From Myxococcales bacterium (GTDB lineage: Bacteria; Myxococcota_A; Polyangia; Polyangiales; Ga0077539), in NCBI GenBank assembly GCA_016793325.1, contig JAEUKI010000087.1, positions 116,189-180,188 on the forward strand: 64,000 bases of DNA, given 5' to 3'. Positions 1 to 8,993 of this stretch are shown here, piece by piece. Below the pieces are notes generated by a model. It saw only the letters and a list, made by a program, of their open reading frames with translations, had not been told where the DNA came from and did not search any database. Within the stretch, counting starts at the first letter, position 1. Every line of letters starts with the position of its first letter. Made by a program: the position numbers and the translations under genes.

Positions 1-1
1 C

Positions 2-496
2 GTGCTCGCGGAGATCGCCCTGTGCGGGGCGCTGTTTCGACTGTTCGAGGGTGTGTCCGTCACGGGCGCGCGGGTCGCGACGTACGCGAGGCTCACCATG
101 ACCGTGTTGCAGGCGCTGAACATCGCGCTCCCGTTGACGGCGCTGGCGCTCGCTCGGTCGCGCGTCGGCGCGTTCGATCGTTGCGTGCTCCTCTTGTTCG
201 AAGGCGAAGCGCTGATCGTGCGCGTGTGGGAGTGCTGCTTCGCGTTGCACTTGCTCGTGCTCGGCGCGCTCGTGTTTCGCTGTGGATTCATCCGTCGCGC
301 CTTCGGCGTGGGGCTGGTGATCGCGGCGTTGGGCTACGGACTCGAGGGCGTTGGCGCGATCGTGGCTCCCGAGTCGCGCGCGGCCTTCGCGGCGATCGTC
401 GCTGTGACAGCGCTCGTCGGCGAGCTGCCGTTCGTCTTCGCGCTGTTGCGAGCGGGCTTCGGTCGAGGGCGCGATGCGGCGGTCGCCGCGGGGTGA
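2..496 (+). CDS. DUF4386-like integral membrane protein (5' end outside window)
   Basis: Open from the window edge to TGA at 494-496. The sequence is hydrophobic and multi-helical. The C-terminal pattern GALVFRCGFIRRAFGVGLVIAALGYGLEG resembles the DUF4386 family. Confidence 0.6.
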   Translation: MLAEIALCGALFRLFEGVSVTGARVATYARLTMTVLQALNIALPLTALALARSRVGAFDRCVLLLFEGEALIVRVWECCFALHLLVLGALVFRCGFIRRAFGVGLVIAALGYGLEGVGAIVAPESRAAFAAIVAVTALVGELPFVFALLRAGFGRGRDAAVAAG

Positions 497-518
497 CTCG
501 AGCGCGCTGCGGAGAACC

Positions 519-974
519 TCAGCGCTTCGCTTCGGCGTCGACCGCGAAGCGCTCGAGCGTTTGTACGAGCGCGTTGCCGGGAATCGCGTCGAACTGCTCG
601 AGCAGCGAGAGCCAATCCCAGTGGTTGAACGCCTCGACGATCTGCCCGTCGCGCACTTCGAGCATCGCGCTGCCTGGGATCGTGACGTGCTTGTCTCCGC
701 GCCACGCGTCGAAGCTCGCGCGCACCGCGATGCGATCGCCGTCGGTGACGCAGTCTTGCGCGACGATTCGCACGCGATCCAGCGAGCGGAAGAACATCAT
801 CCGAAACTGTCGAAAGCCTGCGCGCGCGATGTTCTCTCCGCGCGGAAGACCGATCACGACACAGTCTTTGCTGACGAGCTCGTCGATCGCTGCGCCGAAC
901 TTCTCTGGATCGGATTCGTGCCAGACGCGCTCGTAGAATCGATTGCACCACTCGATCGCCTGTTCGCGGTTCAT
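519..974 (-). CDS. SnoaL-like / NTF2-superfamily protein
   Basis: Track ORF 519..1028 (GTG) trimmed to the internal ATG at aa19 (MNREQAIEWCNRFYERVW...). About 150 aa, with a composition and pattern typical of SnoaL-like cyclase/NTF2 folds. Confidence 0.75.
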   Translation of the reverse strand: MNREQAIEWCNRFYERVWHESDPEKFGAAIDELVSKDCVVIGLPRGENIARAGFRQFRMMFFRSLDRVRIVAQDCVTDGDRIAVRASFDAWRGDKHVTIPGSAMLEVRDGQIVEAFNHWDWLSLLEQFDAIPGNALVQTLERFAVDAEAKR

Positions 975-1097
975 CGCGTTGCTCCTCCAAATGAGGGCCC
1001 ACTGAAGCCCTCGAAGAGACGCTACCACGCGTCAAGCGACCTACGGGTATTTGGAGATGACCCCGCGCTCCCACCCCGCCGAACGCGCTGTTTCGTC

Positions 1098-2978
1098 CTA
1101 CGGAATCACGACCAGCTGCGGCGTGGTCGTGGTGGAGGTGATCACCTCGCTGCCGTAGACGGGCTCGCCGCCAGCGCCAGGGATCCAGAAGCGCAGCGAG
1201 CGCAGGCGAACGTAGTACGTGCCGGCGCTACGAAAGTTGATGTCGAAGCGCGGGCTCATCGCGGGCATGTGATAGCTGCACGGGACCGCGCTGCCTCCGC
1301 CGCAGTAGCTCGTCGAGCACCCGGCATCCCTGCAGATTTCGGCATATGCGCCGGTCGCGCACGCGCCGAGCGACCAGTCGAGGGTGAGCCTTCGACCGTC
1401 GACCGACGTCCCGTTCAGCGTTGGCAGCGAGAGGCCTGCGGGGGTTCCGGGAATGATCGAGTGACACGACGGTTCGACGCGCTGAACGACGAAGTTCATC
1501 GCGCGTTCGCCGAAGCGCGACGAGCTGCTCCTCGAGCTCGCCGCGACGTAGAACGTCCGCGCCATGGGGTTCATTCGGTTGTCGAGGACTACGGACGTCG
1601 TTCCGCTCGACGGGATCGTGGATGTCGTGCTGACCGTCGTGCAGTCGCCGCCGCACGCGTTGACGACACGCAAGATCACGGGGTCTGTGTTGCCGCTCTC
1701 GGCCACGAGGCGTCGCTGCGTCATCGCAGGAACCTCGACGCTCAGCCACACCGCCTCTGCGGGCATGCCTGCGGATTCGCAGCTCGCGCCCGTGGGAGCC
1801 ATGCCGGGAAGCGTAGAGAACTTCGCTTGAAACAACCCCGATCGTCGCAGGTCCGAGCCGAGCGGCGCGGTCACGATCGGGTTGTTGCACGATGCTCCTG
1901 GAGGGGGATCGGCGTCCGGAGTCGTCGCGCGGACGATCGGAATCCGCCACGTGTCCGACTGCGCCGTAGGCGGCGTTCCGTCCGCGGCCGCCGCGGGTTC
2001 TCCCGGCGATCCGCGGTCCCACTCGACAGGGACGAGCGATCCGCACTGCGCGTCCACCGCGACGACGTAGCCGTACGCGCCCTCCCACATCGCGAACGAG
2101 TTGGCCTGTCCCGAGCTGAAGTTCTCGATCTTGTAGCGGCTCACGCGATCGGGCGGAAAGCGAAAGCCCGTGTTCGACAGGTTGCCTCGGAAATACTGGT
2201 TGAGACCGCGGTACTCGCACGCGTGCGGCGCGCCGTAGATGCGGTGATACGGGTTGTTCGCCATGTTCAGGCGCGTCGTTCGAAAGAGGTTTCCGGACAT
2301 GCACGCGGGCGCGACCGTCTCGCTCACGAACCGAAAGTCCCCGGCGTCGATCGCGTAGGTCGGGCTCGCTCCGCGCGTATCGATCAGCAGTCGAACGCGC
2401 GACCAGCGCGTGTCCCAGTTGCCGCAGTCGTTGGTCGACGTCACGGGGATCGTGTTCGAGTCGACGGTTCGAAGAATGTTTCGCGAGGGATCTACTGACA
2501 GATACTCGCGCGGCGTCGACGCCAGATCCGCGCAGTACACCGTGAACGGCGTCTCGGCGCCGGCTCCGTCCGGATCGATCGTGTACTCCCCGTCGGTCGC
2601 GGAGCCCATGCGGAGCTCTCGTACGCCGAGGCAGCTGCGCGCGACGCACGTGCCCGAGACGCACGCGCTGTTCGCGGTGCACGGGGCGGCGCACGTCCCT
2701 GTGTCGCTCGCGACGTCAGCGACATCCGCGCTCGACTCCGTCGCTGCGTCTCGCAGCGTGTCCGTCGCAACGTCGACGACCACGTCGGCCGCGTCCATCT
2801 CGGGAACGTCGTTCGTCGGGACGTCCACGACGGTGGTGTCCTCCACGGCGCGGTCCGATGTCACGTCCTCGCGCGTCGTGTCCTGGCTGGTGGCGTCGGT
2901 CGGGGACCGAAAGCGCTCGGGCAAACACGCGCCGAACGCGAGGGCGACGACGCCCAGTGTCCATGCATCGCGCCGCAT
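1098..2978 (-). CDS. secreted lipoprotein with GON-like domain and Cys-rich C-terminal region
   Basis: Track ORF 1098..3191 trimmed to aa72 (MRRDAWTLGVVALAFGAC, lipobox). An acidic D/T/V linker follows. Then comes CLGVRELRMGSATDGEYTIDPDGAGAETPFTVYCADLASTPREYLSVD...WSRVRLLID, which resembles the GON domain. The ATG overlaps the upstream stop (TGATG). Confidence 0.7.
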   Translation of the reverse strand: MRRDAWTLGVVALAFGACLPERFRSPTDATSQDTTREDVTSDRAVEDTTVVDVPTNDVPEMDAADVVVDVATDTLRDAATESSADVADVASDTGTCAAPCTANSACVSGTCVARSCLGVRELRMGSATDGEYTIDPDGAGAETPFTVYCADLASTPREYLSVDPSRNILRTVDSNTIPVTSTNDCGNWDTRWSRVRLLIDTRGASPTYAIDAGDFRFVSETVAPACMSGNLFRTTRLNMANNPYHRIYGAPHACEYRGLNQYFRGNLSNTGFRFPPDRVSRYKIENFSSGQANSFAMWEGAYGYVVAVDAQCGSLVPVEWDRGSPGEPAAAADGTPPTAQSDTWRIPIVRATTPDADPPPGASCNNPIVTAPLGSDLRRSGLFQAKFSTLPGMAPTGASCESAGMPAEAVWLSVEVPAMTQRRLVAESGNTDPVILRVVNACGGDCTTVSTTSTIPSSGTTSVVLDNRMNPMARTFYVAASSRSSSSRFGERAMNFVVQRVEPSCHSIIPGTPAGLSLPTLNGTSVDGRRLTLDWSLGACATGAYAEICRDAGCSTSYCGGGSAVPCSYHMPAMSPRFDINFRSAGTYYVRLRSLRFWIPGAGGEPVYGSEVITSTTTTPQLVVIP

Positions 2979-4045
2979 CACAGGGCACCTCGCACCACGA
3001 GCCCGACCGTCGTCGCGTCCGCCACTGGAGCGACCGCGGTCGTCGGAGCCTCGCGTCCGGCGCGCGCTGCGAGTACGAGCCACGTCACGCCGCCCGCGAG
3101 CGCCGCAGCGCCCACGATGGTCGACGCGATCGCCACGCGATTGAAGGTCACCGCCGGCGCCGCTTGCTCGTTCGTCGTGCGACCCGCGCACACGTTTTCA
3201 TTGGCCTCGACGCGGCAGTCGCCGTACGCCATCGCTTGCAGGCCGAAGAACAGCCCGCCCGTCGCGAGCACAGCTCCTCCCGCGGCGCTCACCGCGATCG
3301 GACCCGCGAGCGACGGACCGCTCCGCGGCGCGACTCGATTTCGTGTGTCGTTTCGCGGAGCGCTCGCTGCCCCGCTCGTCGCGCTGCTCGTCGCGGCGGT
3401 CGTCGTGCTCGCGCTCGTCGTCGACGTTGTCGGTTCGCGCTCGAGCGCGACGCGCACCACCACGGTGTGTCGCGCTTCGACGAGCACTTCTTGTCGTTGC
3501 GTTCGGTACCCCGTGGCGCTCACTTCGACGACGACGGCTCCAGGGTCGACGACGGTCGCGACGCCGATGAGCGCGGCGTTGAGCGTCTCACCCTGGACGC
3601 GAACGACCAGGCCCGGAAGCGAATCGCTCAAGCCCTCGACGCTCACGCGTCCGACGCGGTCGCTTCCGGTCACCACGATGCGCTGGCAGTCCTCGAGCAG
3701 CCGCTCGCGCTCGTTGACCGTCGTGTCTCGCCGCAGCTCGTTGACGCACTGCTCGGCGTTGCTGATCGCTCGCACGAACTGGCCCGACGCGAGGTGCTCT
3801 GCTGCGAGAAACGCGCGGAGCGAAGGCGTCATGCGCAAGCGCGAGGCGCGCGTCGCGAGGTCGATCGCGCGCGTGTGATCCCCAGCGGCCGAAGCCCGCC
3901 GCGCGTCTTCGATGAGCTGCCGCCGCGCGGCGACCTCGGCGTCCGATTGCGCTCGAGCGCTGTTCGAGAAGAGCAGGACCGCGGCGAGCGGACCCGAAAC
4001 GAATGCGAGGCGCGAACACGCGCGCGTCGAAGTCGATGGAGGCAT
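2978..4045 (-). CDS. secreted/membrane-anchored protein with PEGA-like domain
   Basis: Signal peptide (LAAVLLFSNSARAQS) and a helical N-terminal domain. A PEGA-like strand pattern follows (VVVEVSATGYRTQRQEVLVEARHTVVVRVALE). It ends with a Thr/Ser linker and C-terminal hydrophobic helices. Confidence 0.7.
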   Translation of the reverse strand: MPPSTSTRACSRLAFVSGPLAAVLLFSNSARAQSDAEVAARRQLIEDARRASAAGDHTRAIDLATRASRLRMTPSLRAFLAAEHLASGQFVRAISNAEQCVNELRRDTTVNERERLLEDCQRIVVTGSDRVGRVSVEGLSDSLPGLVVRVQGETLNAALIGVATVVDPGAVVVEVSATGYRTQRQEVLVEARHTVVVRVALEREPTTSTTSASTTTAATSSATSGAASAPRNDTRNRVAPRSGPSLAGPIAVSAAGGAVLATGGLFFGLQAMAYGDCRVEANENVCAGRTTNEQAAPAVTFNRVAIASTIVGAAALAGGVTWLVLAARAGREAPTTAVAPVADATTVGLVVRGAL

Positions 4046-4262
4046 CTCTGCCCCGAGTACAACGCAGCGCGACCGTTCGGGGGATAGAGAATTGTTGATA
4101 GGCTTACATGGCGCGTTCGCCCAGCGAAATCACTGGTCGGATCGCGCTAAACCGCCACTCATTCGATCGCCGCACTTTCATCGATCGATTCGTGGCGGTT
4201 TGACTTGATTTCAACCACGCCGATGCTCGGCTCATTTCTACGACGTTCAATTGGGGCGTGGT

Positions 4263-7200
4263 TTAGAGCGCTGCGACGGCCGAGGGGGTCGTTCGGATGC
4301 CCACCTGTCCGTTTCCGACCTGACCGAAGTAGTTGTAGCCCCAGCACTGGACCGTGCGGTTCGAGAGCAGCGCGCACGCGTGGCCGTAGCCCGCGGCGAC
4401 GTCGGTGACCGTCGTGAGGCCCGGGATCGCCGCGGGGACGCGGCGGCTCGTGCGCGTTCCGTCGAGCTGTTGGCCGTAGAAGTTGCCGCCCCACGCGCGA
4501 ACGGTTCCGTCGGAAGCGCGGGCGATCGTGAAGTCGTTGCCGCTCGCGAAGCGCGTGGCGCTCACGCCCATCACGGGGACGGGCGTCGTGCGACCGGTGA
4601 TCGTTCCGTCGCCGAGCTGACCGCTGAAGTTCGCCCCCCAGCAGCTCATCGAGCCCGACCCGAGCAGCGCGCACGAGAATCCCGATCCGCCTGCGATTTG
4701 GCTGCCGTTTGCGAGACCCGAGACGGACACGGCCGTGAGGCTGTTCGCGTTCGATCCGTTGCCGAGCTGGCCGCTCGTCCCCAATCCCCAGCAGCGCGCG
4801 GTGCGATCGTTGGCGATCGCGCACGTGTGGTACAGGCCTGCGCCGATGCTCGCCGCGTTCGTCACGCCCATCACTGCAGCGGGCGTGTTGCGGTTCATCA
4901 TCGAGTTGTCGCCGATCTGCCCGTTGGCGTTGTAGCCCCAGCAACGCACGGTGCTGTCCGCCAACCGCGCGCACGAGTGTCCCGCGCCGAGCGAGATGTT
5001 CGTCGCGTTGGTGATCGACGAGACGGCGACCGGCGCGCGTCGCGTCGTGTTGGTCCCGTCGCCGAGCTCGCCGAAGACGTTGCTTCCCCAGCATCGCATC
5101 GCTCCGCCCGCGACGATCGCGCAGCTCTGACCGTCGCCCACGGACAACTGCGAAACACCCGACAATCCGCTGACGGTTCGCGGCGTGCCGACGTAGGTGT
5201 CCGACGATCCGTCGCCGGGGTTGATGCCCCAGCAGCGAACGGTGTTGTCCATGAGCCGCGCGCAGGTCGAGTACCCGCTGGCGCGAATTTCGACGGCGTC
5301 CGTGATGCCCGTGACCGTCGCGAGCGACGTGACCGTCGTGGCGATCCCGTCGCCGATCTGTCCGTTGGCGTTGTCGCCCCAGCAGCGGATGCTCCCGTCG
5401 CGACGACGCACGCACGAGACGTAGTACCCGAGCGCCACTTCGACGCCGTCGTTGATCGCGGGAGCCACGGGGGCCGGAGTCGATCGCGAGAGCGCCGTCG
5501 TCCCGTCGCCGAGCTCACCGTGGCTGTTGGCGCCCCAGCAGCGCACGGTCCCGTCGCGGTACACGCCGCAGCCGTGGCCCGAGCCGAGACGAACGTTCGC
5601 CACGTTGCTCATCCCCGCGACGGCGATCGGAACGTTCGAGCTCGTGCTCGTCCCGTTGCCGAAGGGACCGAGGCCGTTCGAGCCCCAACACCAGAGCGAA
5701 CCGTCCGTGCGAACGGCGCAGGCGGTGCGCGTTCCGAGCGCGATTTGCGAGGCGTTTGTCAGCCCCATCGCGGGCGTCGGGACGAGCCTGTTCGTCGTCG
5801 TGTTGTCGCCGATCTGTCCGTCGCCGTTGTAGCCCCAGCACCGCACGGTGTTGTCCATCAACCGCGCGCACGTGGTCGAGCCCGAGCTCACGCCGTGCGC
5901 GACGACCTCCACCGCGGTGCTGATGCCCGTGACCGCGACGGGCGAGGCGCGATCCATCGTGCTGTTGTCGCCGAGCTGTCCGGAGTTGTTTCGACCCCAG
6001 CAGCGCATCGACCCGCCCATCAAGATCGCGCACGCGTGCGAGTAGCCGACGCCGATGGCGATCGCGTTGGCGATCCCGAGGACGCGCGTCGGCGCGGGGC
6101 GCGAGGTCGTCGTTCCGTCGCCGATTTGGCCGTAGAAATTCGCGCCCCAGCACCACACGGTCCCGTCGGACTTGAGCGCGCACGAGTGGTTGACGCCAAC
6201 ACCGACGCGCGTCGCGCCCGTCAGCCCCAACACGCGCACCGGCGCGAACGCGTCGGTCGTCACGCCGTTGCCGAGCTGTCCGCTCGAGTTGTCACCCCAG
6301 CACGAGACGCCAGTGTCCGAGCGCACGACGCACACGTGGTTCCAGTTGGCCGCGATGCTCGACGGGAGCACCGCGCATCCTTCGTCGACGGTCCCGTTGC
6401 AGTTGTCGTCCATCCCGTTGCCGCACGTCTCGGTCGCCGCGGGGAGGACCTCGCCCGCGCACGCCGTGGGCCAGTTGCGGCTCGCGTCGCAGGTCTGCGT
6501 GCCCGCCCTGCAAATTCCCACGCCATTTGTGACTGGCGCGCCCGTGTAGCAGCTTCGCATCGCGCCGGGCGCGCACGCGCCGCAGCTCTCTTCGGCGGTT
6601 CCGTTGCAGTTGTCGTCGACGCCGTTGCCGCACACTTCGGACGCCATCGGGAGCACTTCGCCCGCGCACGCAGTGGGCCAGTTGCCGCTCGCGTCGCAGG
6701 TCTGCGTGCCCGCTCTGCAGACGCCGACGCCCTGCGTGGTCATCGCGCCGGAGTAGCAGCTGCGCATCGTGCCCGTGACGCACACGCCGCAGCCCTCGTC
6801 GATCATCCCGTCGCAGTCATCGTCCTCGCGATTTCCACAGCGCTCGATCGCGTCCGGAACCACTTCTCCGACGCACGCCGCCGGCCAATTTCCCGTCGCG
6901 TCACAGGTCTGCATCCCTCCTCGGCAGCGCCCCATGCCCTGCGTGCTCATCGGTCCCGAGTAGCAAGCGCGCGTCGCTCCCGCGGTGCACACGCCGCAGC
7001 CTTCGTCGGCCATCCCGTTGCAGTTGTCATCGATCGTGTTTCCGCAGGTCTCCATCGCGGCAGGGACGACCTCGCCCGCGCACGCGGTGGGCCAGCTTCC
7101 GCTCGCGTCGCAGACCTGCGTTCCCGCGCGGCACTGCCCGACGCCTGGAGTGCTCGGCGGGCCCGAGTAGCAGATTCGCGAGGCGCCCGGCATGCACGCG

Positions 7201-7589
7201 GTGCATCCCTCGTCGGTCATCCCGTTGCAGTTGTCGTCCATCCCGTTGCCGCACACCTCGGCCGCCGCGGGAAAGATCGATCCGCGGCAGCTTCGCCACG
7301 CGCCGGTGGCGTTGCACGTCTGCGATCCGAGCGTGCAAATTCCCACGCCGGCTACGCTCGCTGGCCCCTCGTAACACGAGCGCGTCGCGCCGGGCTGGCA
7401 CTGGAGTCCAGTGTCTTCGGGCGGCACACCGGTGTCTTCGGGCGGGCTCCCCGTGTCTTCGACGGACGCGTCGGGGGTCGAGATCGCGCCGTCGACGCGA
7501 GCGTCGGGCGCGGGCGGTGAGCTCTCTGGGCAGCCAGCGAGCAGCAGCGCCGCGGGCAGGCAACAGAGCGCGACGTAGTTGCGAATCAT
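4263..7589 (-). CDS. lipoprotein with five Cys-rich MopE-type modules and 14 RCC1-type repeats
   Basis: Lipobox signal MIRNYVALCCLPAALLLAGC. Five modules end in CGNGxDDNCNGxxDEGC. Fourteen blades carry the C/A-WG-x-N-x-x-GQLGDG signature, enough for two 7-bladed propellers. Confidence 0.92.
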   Translation of the reverse strand: MIRNYVALCCLPAALLLAGCPESSPPAPDARVDGAISTPDASVEDTGSPPEDTGVPPEDTGLQCQPGATRSCYEGPASVAGVGICTLGSQTCNATGAWRSCRGSIFPAAAEVCGNGMDDNCNGMTDEGCTACMPGASRICYSGPPSTPGVGQCRAGTQVCDASGSWPTACAGEVVPAAMETCGNTIDDNCNGMADEGCGVCTAGATRACYSGPMSTQGMGRCRGGMQTCDATGNWPAACVGEVVPDAIERCGNREDDDCDGMIDEGCGVCVTGTMRSCYSGAMTTQGVGVCRAGTQTCDASGNWPTACAGEVLPMASEVCGNGVDDNCNGTAEESCGACAPGAMRSCYTGAPVTNGVGICRAGTQTCDASRNWPTACAGEVLPAATETCGNGMDDNCNGTVDEGCAVLPSSIAANWNHVCVVRSDTGVSCWGDNSSGQLGNGVTTDAFAPVRVLGLTGATRVGVGVNHSCALKSDGTVWCWGANFYGQIGDGTTTSRPAPTRVLGIANAIAIGVGYSHACAILMGGSMRCWGRNNSGQLGDNSTMDRASPVAVTGISTAVEVVAHGVSSGSTTCARLMDNTVRCWGYNGDGQIGDNTTTNRLVPTPAMGLTNASQIALGTRTACAVRTDGSLWCWGSNGLGPFGNGTSTSSNVPIAVAGMSNVANVRLGSGHGCGVYRDGTVRCWGANSHGELGDGTTALSRSTPAPVAPAINDGVEVALGYYVSCVRRRDGSIRCWGDNANGQIGDGIATTVTSLATVTGITDAVEIRASGYSTCARLMDNTVRCWGINPGDGSSDTYVGTPRTVSGLSGVSQLSVGDGQSCAIVAGGAMRCWGSNVFGELGDGTNTTRRAPVAVSSITNATNISLGAGHSCARLADSTVRCWGYNANGQIGDNSMMNRNTPAAVMGVTNAASIGAGLYHTCAIANDRTARCWGLGTSGQLGNGSNANSLTAVSVSGLANGSQIAGGSGFSCALLGSGSMSCWGANFSGQLGDGTITGRTTPVPVMGVSATRFASGNDFTIARASDGTVRAWGGNFYGQQLDGTRTSRRVPAAIPGLTTVTDVAAGYGHACALLSNRTVQCWGYNYFGQVGNGQVGIRTTPSAVAAL
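4266..6365 (-). repeat. 14 tandem RCC1-type blade repeats (coding)
   Basis: A ~50-aa period with a conserved (V/M)xCWGxNxxGQLGDG motif, counted 14 times. Confidence 0.85.
6375..7400 (-). repeat. five tandem ~69-aa (~207-bp) Cys-rich coding modules
   Basis: aa64-405 of the RCC1 lipoprotein. The unit C-x-x-G-x-x-R-x-CY-x-G...G-x-C-R-x-G-x-Q-x-CD...CGN-x-x-DD-x-C(N/D)G-x-x-DEGC is repeated five times head to tail. Confidence 0.85.
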
Positions 7590-7732
7590 CGGCGAAATCT
7601 CCTCGTAAGTGCGATGCGCAGCGACGCGCAGCGCGCCGTTGTACGTCCGCGGCGCGAAAAGCTTACAAGTGACGAAGCGTGCGATGGTCGCGCTGCGAAC
7701 GCGGAATCACCGCGGGCGTCGGGCGAGCGTCG

Positions 7733-8824
7733 CTACGGCCGTAGGGCGCGTTGCTCCGGTTGTCCGAGCCGAATCGACCCACGAAGGTCCTCGCGCGGAC
7801 CGCTCGAGATTCGAAATCCCAACGGCCCTTGTAGGAGGTGCTGGAGAAGGATTCGGTAGTCGTCGGACGAATCGAGCAGCGGACCTCGGCGGGGATCGAG
7901 TTCCCACCGCTCGTCCGCGAACTCGATGAATCGATTCGAGCCCGCCGAGAGTCTCGTCCACGGACGAACGTGTCCGCCCGCGTCGCGAAACACGGGCGCG
8001 ATCCGCTGATCGTCGCCGATGCTTCCGCTCCACGTTGTGCGTGCAGCGTCCGAGAAGCGCACGACGAGCGGCCACGCGACGTACACGGCGCCTCGCTGCG
8101 TCACGAAGTTGCGAAGATCGACCTCTCGCAGAAGGTGCTCGGGGTACGAAGCTTGAAAACGTGTGATGAACGTCCCCGACCGGTCGACGAGATCGACGAT
8201 CCCCTCGACGCGAAGCTCGTGTGACTGCGCGTCCGTCCACGAGAACGCGACGCTCGGGTTCCATCCTGCAAGCCGGACTCGCGGCGTGACCGAGCCGAGC
8301 AACCGCGGCATGTTGTACGCGGCGATCCTGCCCATCGCGTCGACGGTCGCATCCACGACCATGCGCGTTTGAACGATTTCGCCGCGGTCGTCGAGCGCGA
8401 ACACCGAGCCGCGAAAGTGCAGGTCACCGCGCTGTCCTGCGAGGCGCTCTTCGAGCGCTCGCAGCGAGAGCAGTCCGTTCGTGACGATGTGCGCGTTCGT
8501 GTCGCAGAACCCCAGTAGGGATAGCGGCGCCGTCTCGACGCTCATCTCGAGCGGCACTCGCGCGACGAAGCGAAACTCGCGGTTTGGTCCTAGGAAGGCG
8601 ACGACCAAGGTGGACGGACGAATCTGGACCTCGCCGTATTCCTCTCGCGCGTAGATCGTGCCGCGGAGGTTTCCGCGGAGCGCACGGACGACGCGCAGTC
8701 GCATCTCGCCGAGGTACACCGCGATCACGATGTTCGGCTGCGAGAGCACCGTCGCGAGCGAGCTGATCCTCGGAACGCCGTGCGCCTTCGACCAGGGGGT
8801 GATTGCCACGCCCGCCGAGAGCAT
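7733..8824 (-). CDS. hypothetical protein (beta-rich, no recognised domain)
   Basis: Track ORF 7733..9214 trimmed to aa131 (MLSAGVAITPW...). Upstream of that point the frame becomes Ser/Arg/Pro-rich and would overlap the divergent gene. Composition downstream is balanced. Confidence 0.55.
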   Translation of the reverse strand: MLSAGVAITPWSKAHGVPRISSLATVLSQPNIVIAVYLGEMRLRVVRALRGNLRGTIYAREEYGEVQIRPSTLVVAFLGPNREFRFVARVPLEMSVETAPLSLLGFCDTNAHIVTNGLLSLRALEERLAGQRGDLHFRGSVFALDDRGEIVQTRMVVDATVDAMGRIAAYNMPRLLGSVTPRVRLAGWNPSVAFSWTDAQSHELRVEGIVDLVDRSGTFITRFQASYPEHLLREVDLRNFVTQRGAVYVAWPLVVRFSDAARTTWSGSIGDDQRIAPVFRDAGGHVRPWTRLSAGSNRFIEFADERWELDPRRGPLLDSSDDYRILLQHLLQGPLGFRISSGPREDLRGSIRLGQPEQRALRP

Positions 8825-8993
8825 CAATCCGCGACGCGTTGCGCGTATCGAATCCACGAGGTCAGCATGCCACACGCAGCCGAGGCCCGCGGTCGAGCTC
8901 GGCGCGGCGCGTGGCTCGACGCTCCTCGTTCGCCGCGGATGTTCGGGCGATGCGCTCACCGTGCGTCGCGCGATCGCGGGTACACTTCGCCCG

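Noticed and set aside
4149-4201. 10-bp inverted repeat (aaaccgccac ... gtggcggttt) downstream of the RCC1 gene
   Set aside because: The 33-nt loop and the missing U-tract make an intrinsic terminator call unsafe. It may still be a protein-binding site.
6375-7400. Regularly spaced ~207-bp repeats that could look like an array
   Set aside because: They are in-frame coding modules of one protein. There is no unique-spacer architecture, so this is not CRISPR.
4251-7520. 1,089-aa plus-strand ORF
   Set aside because: It is antisense to the motif-rich RCC1 lipoprotein gene. The translation is Arg/Ala/Val/Gly-rich with no motif, typical of a high-GC shadow ORF.
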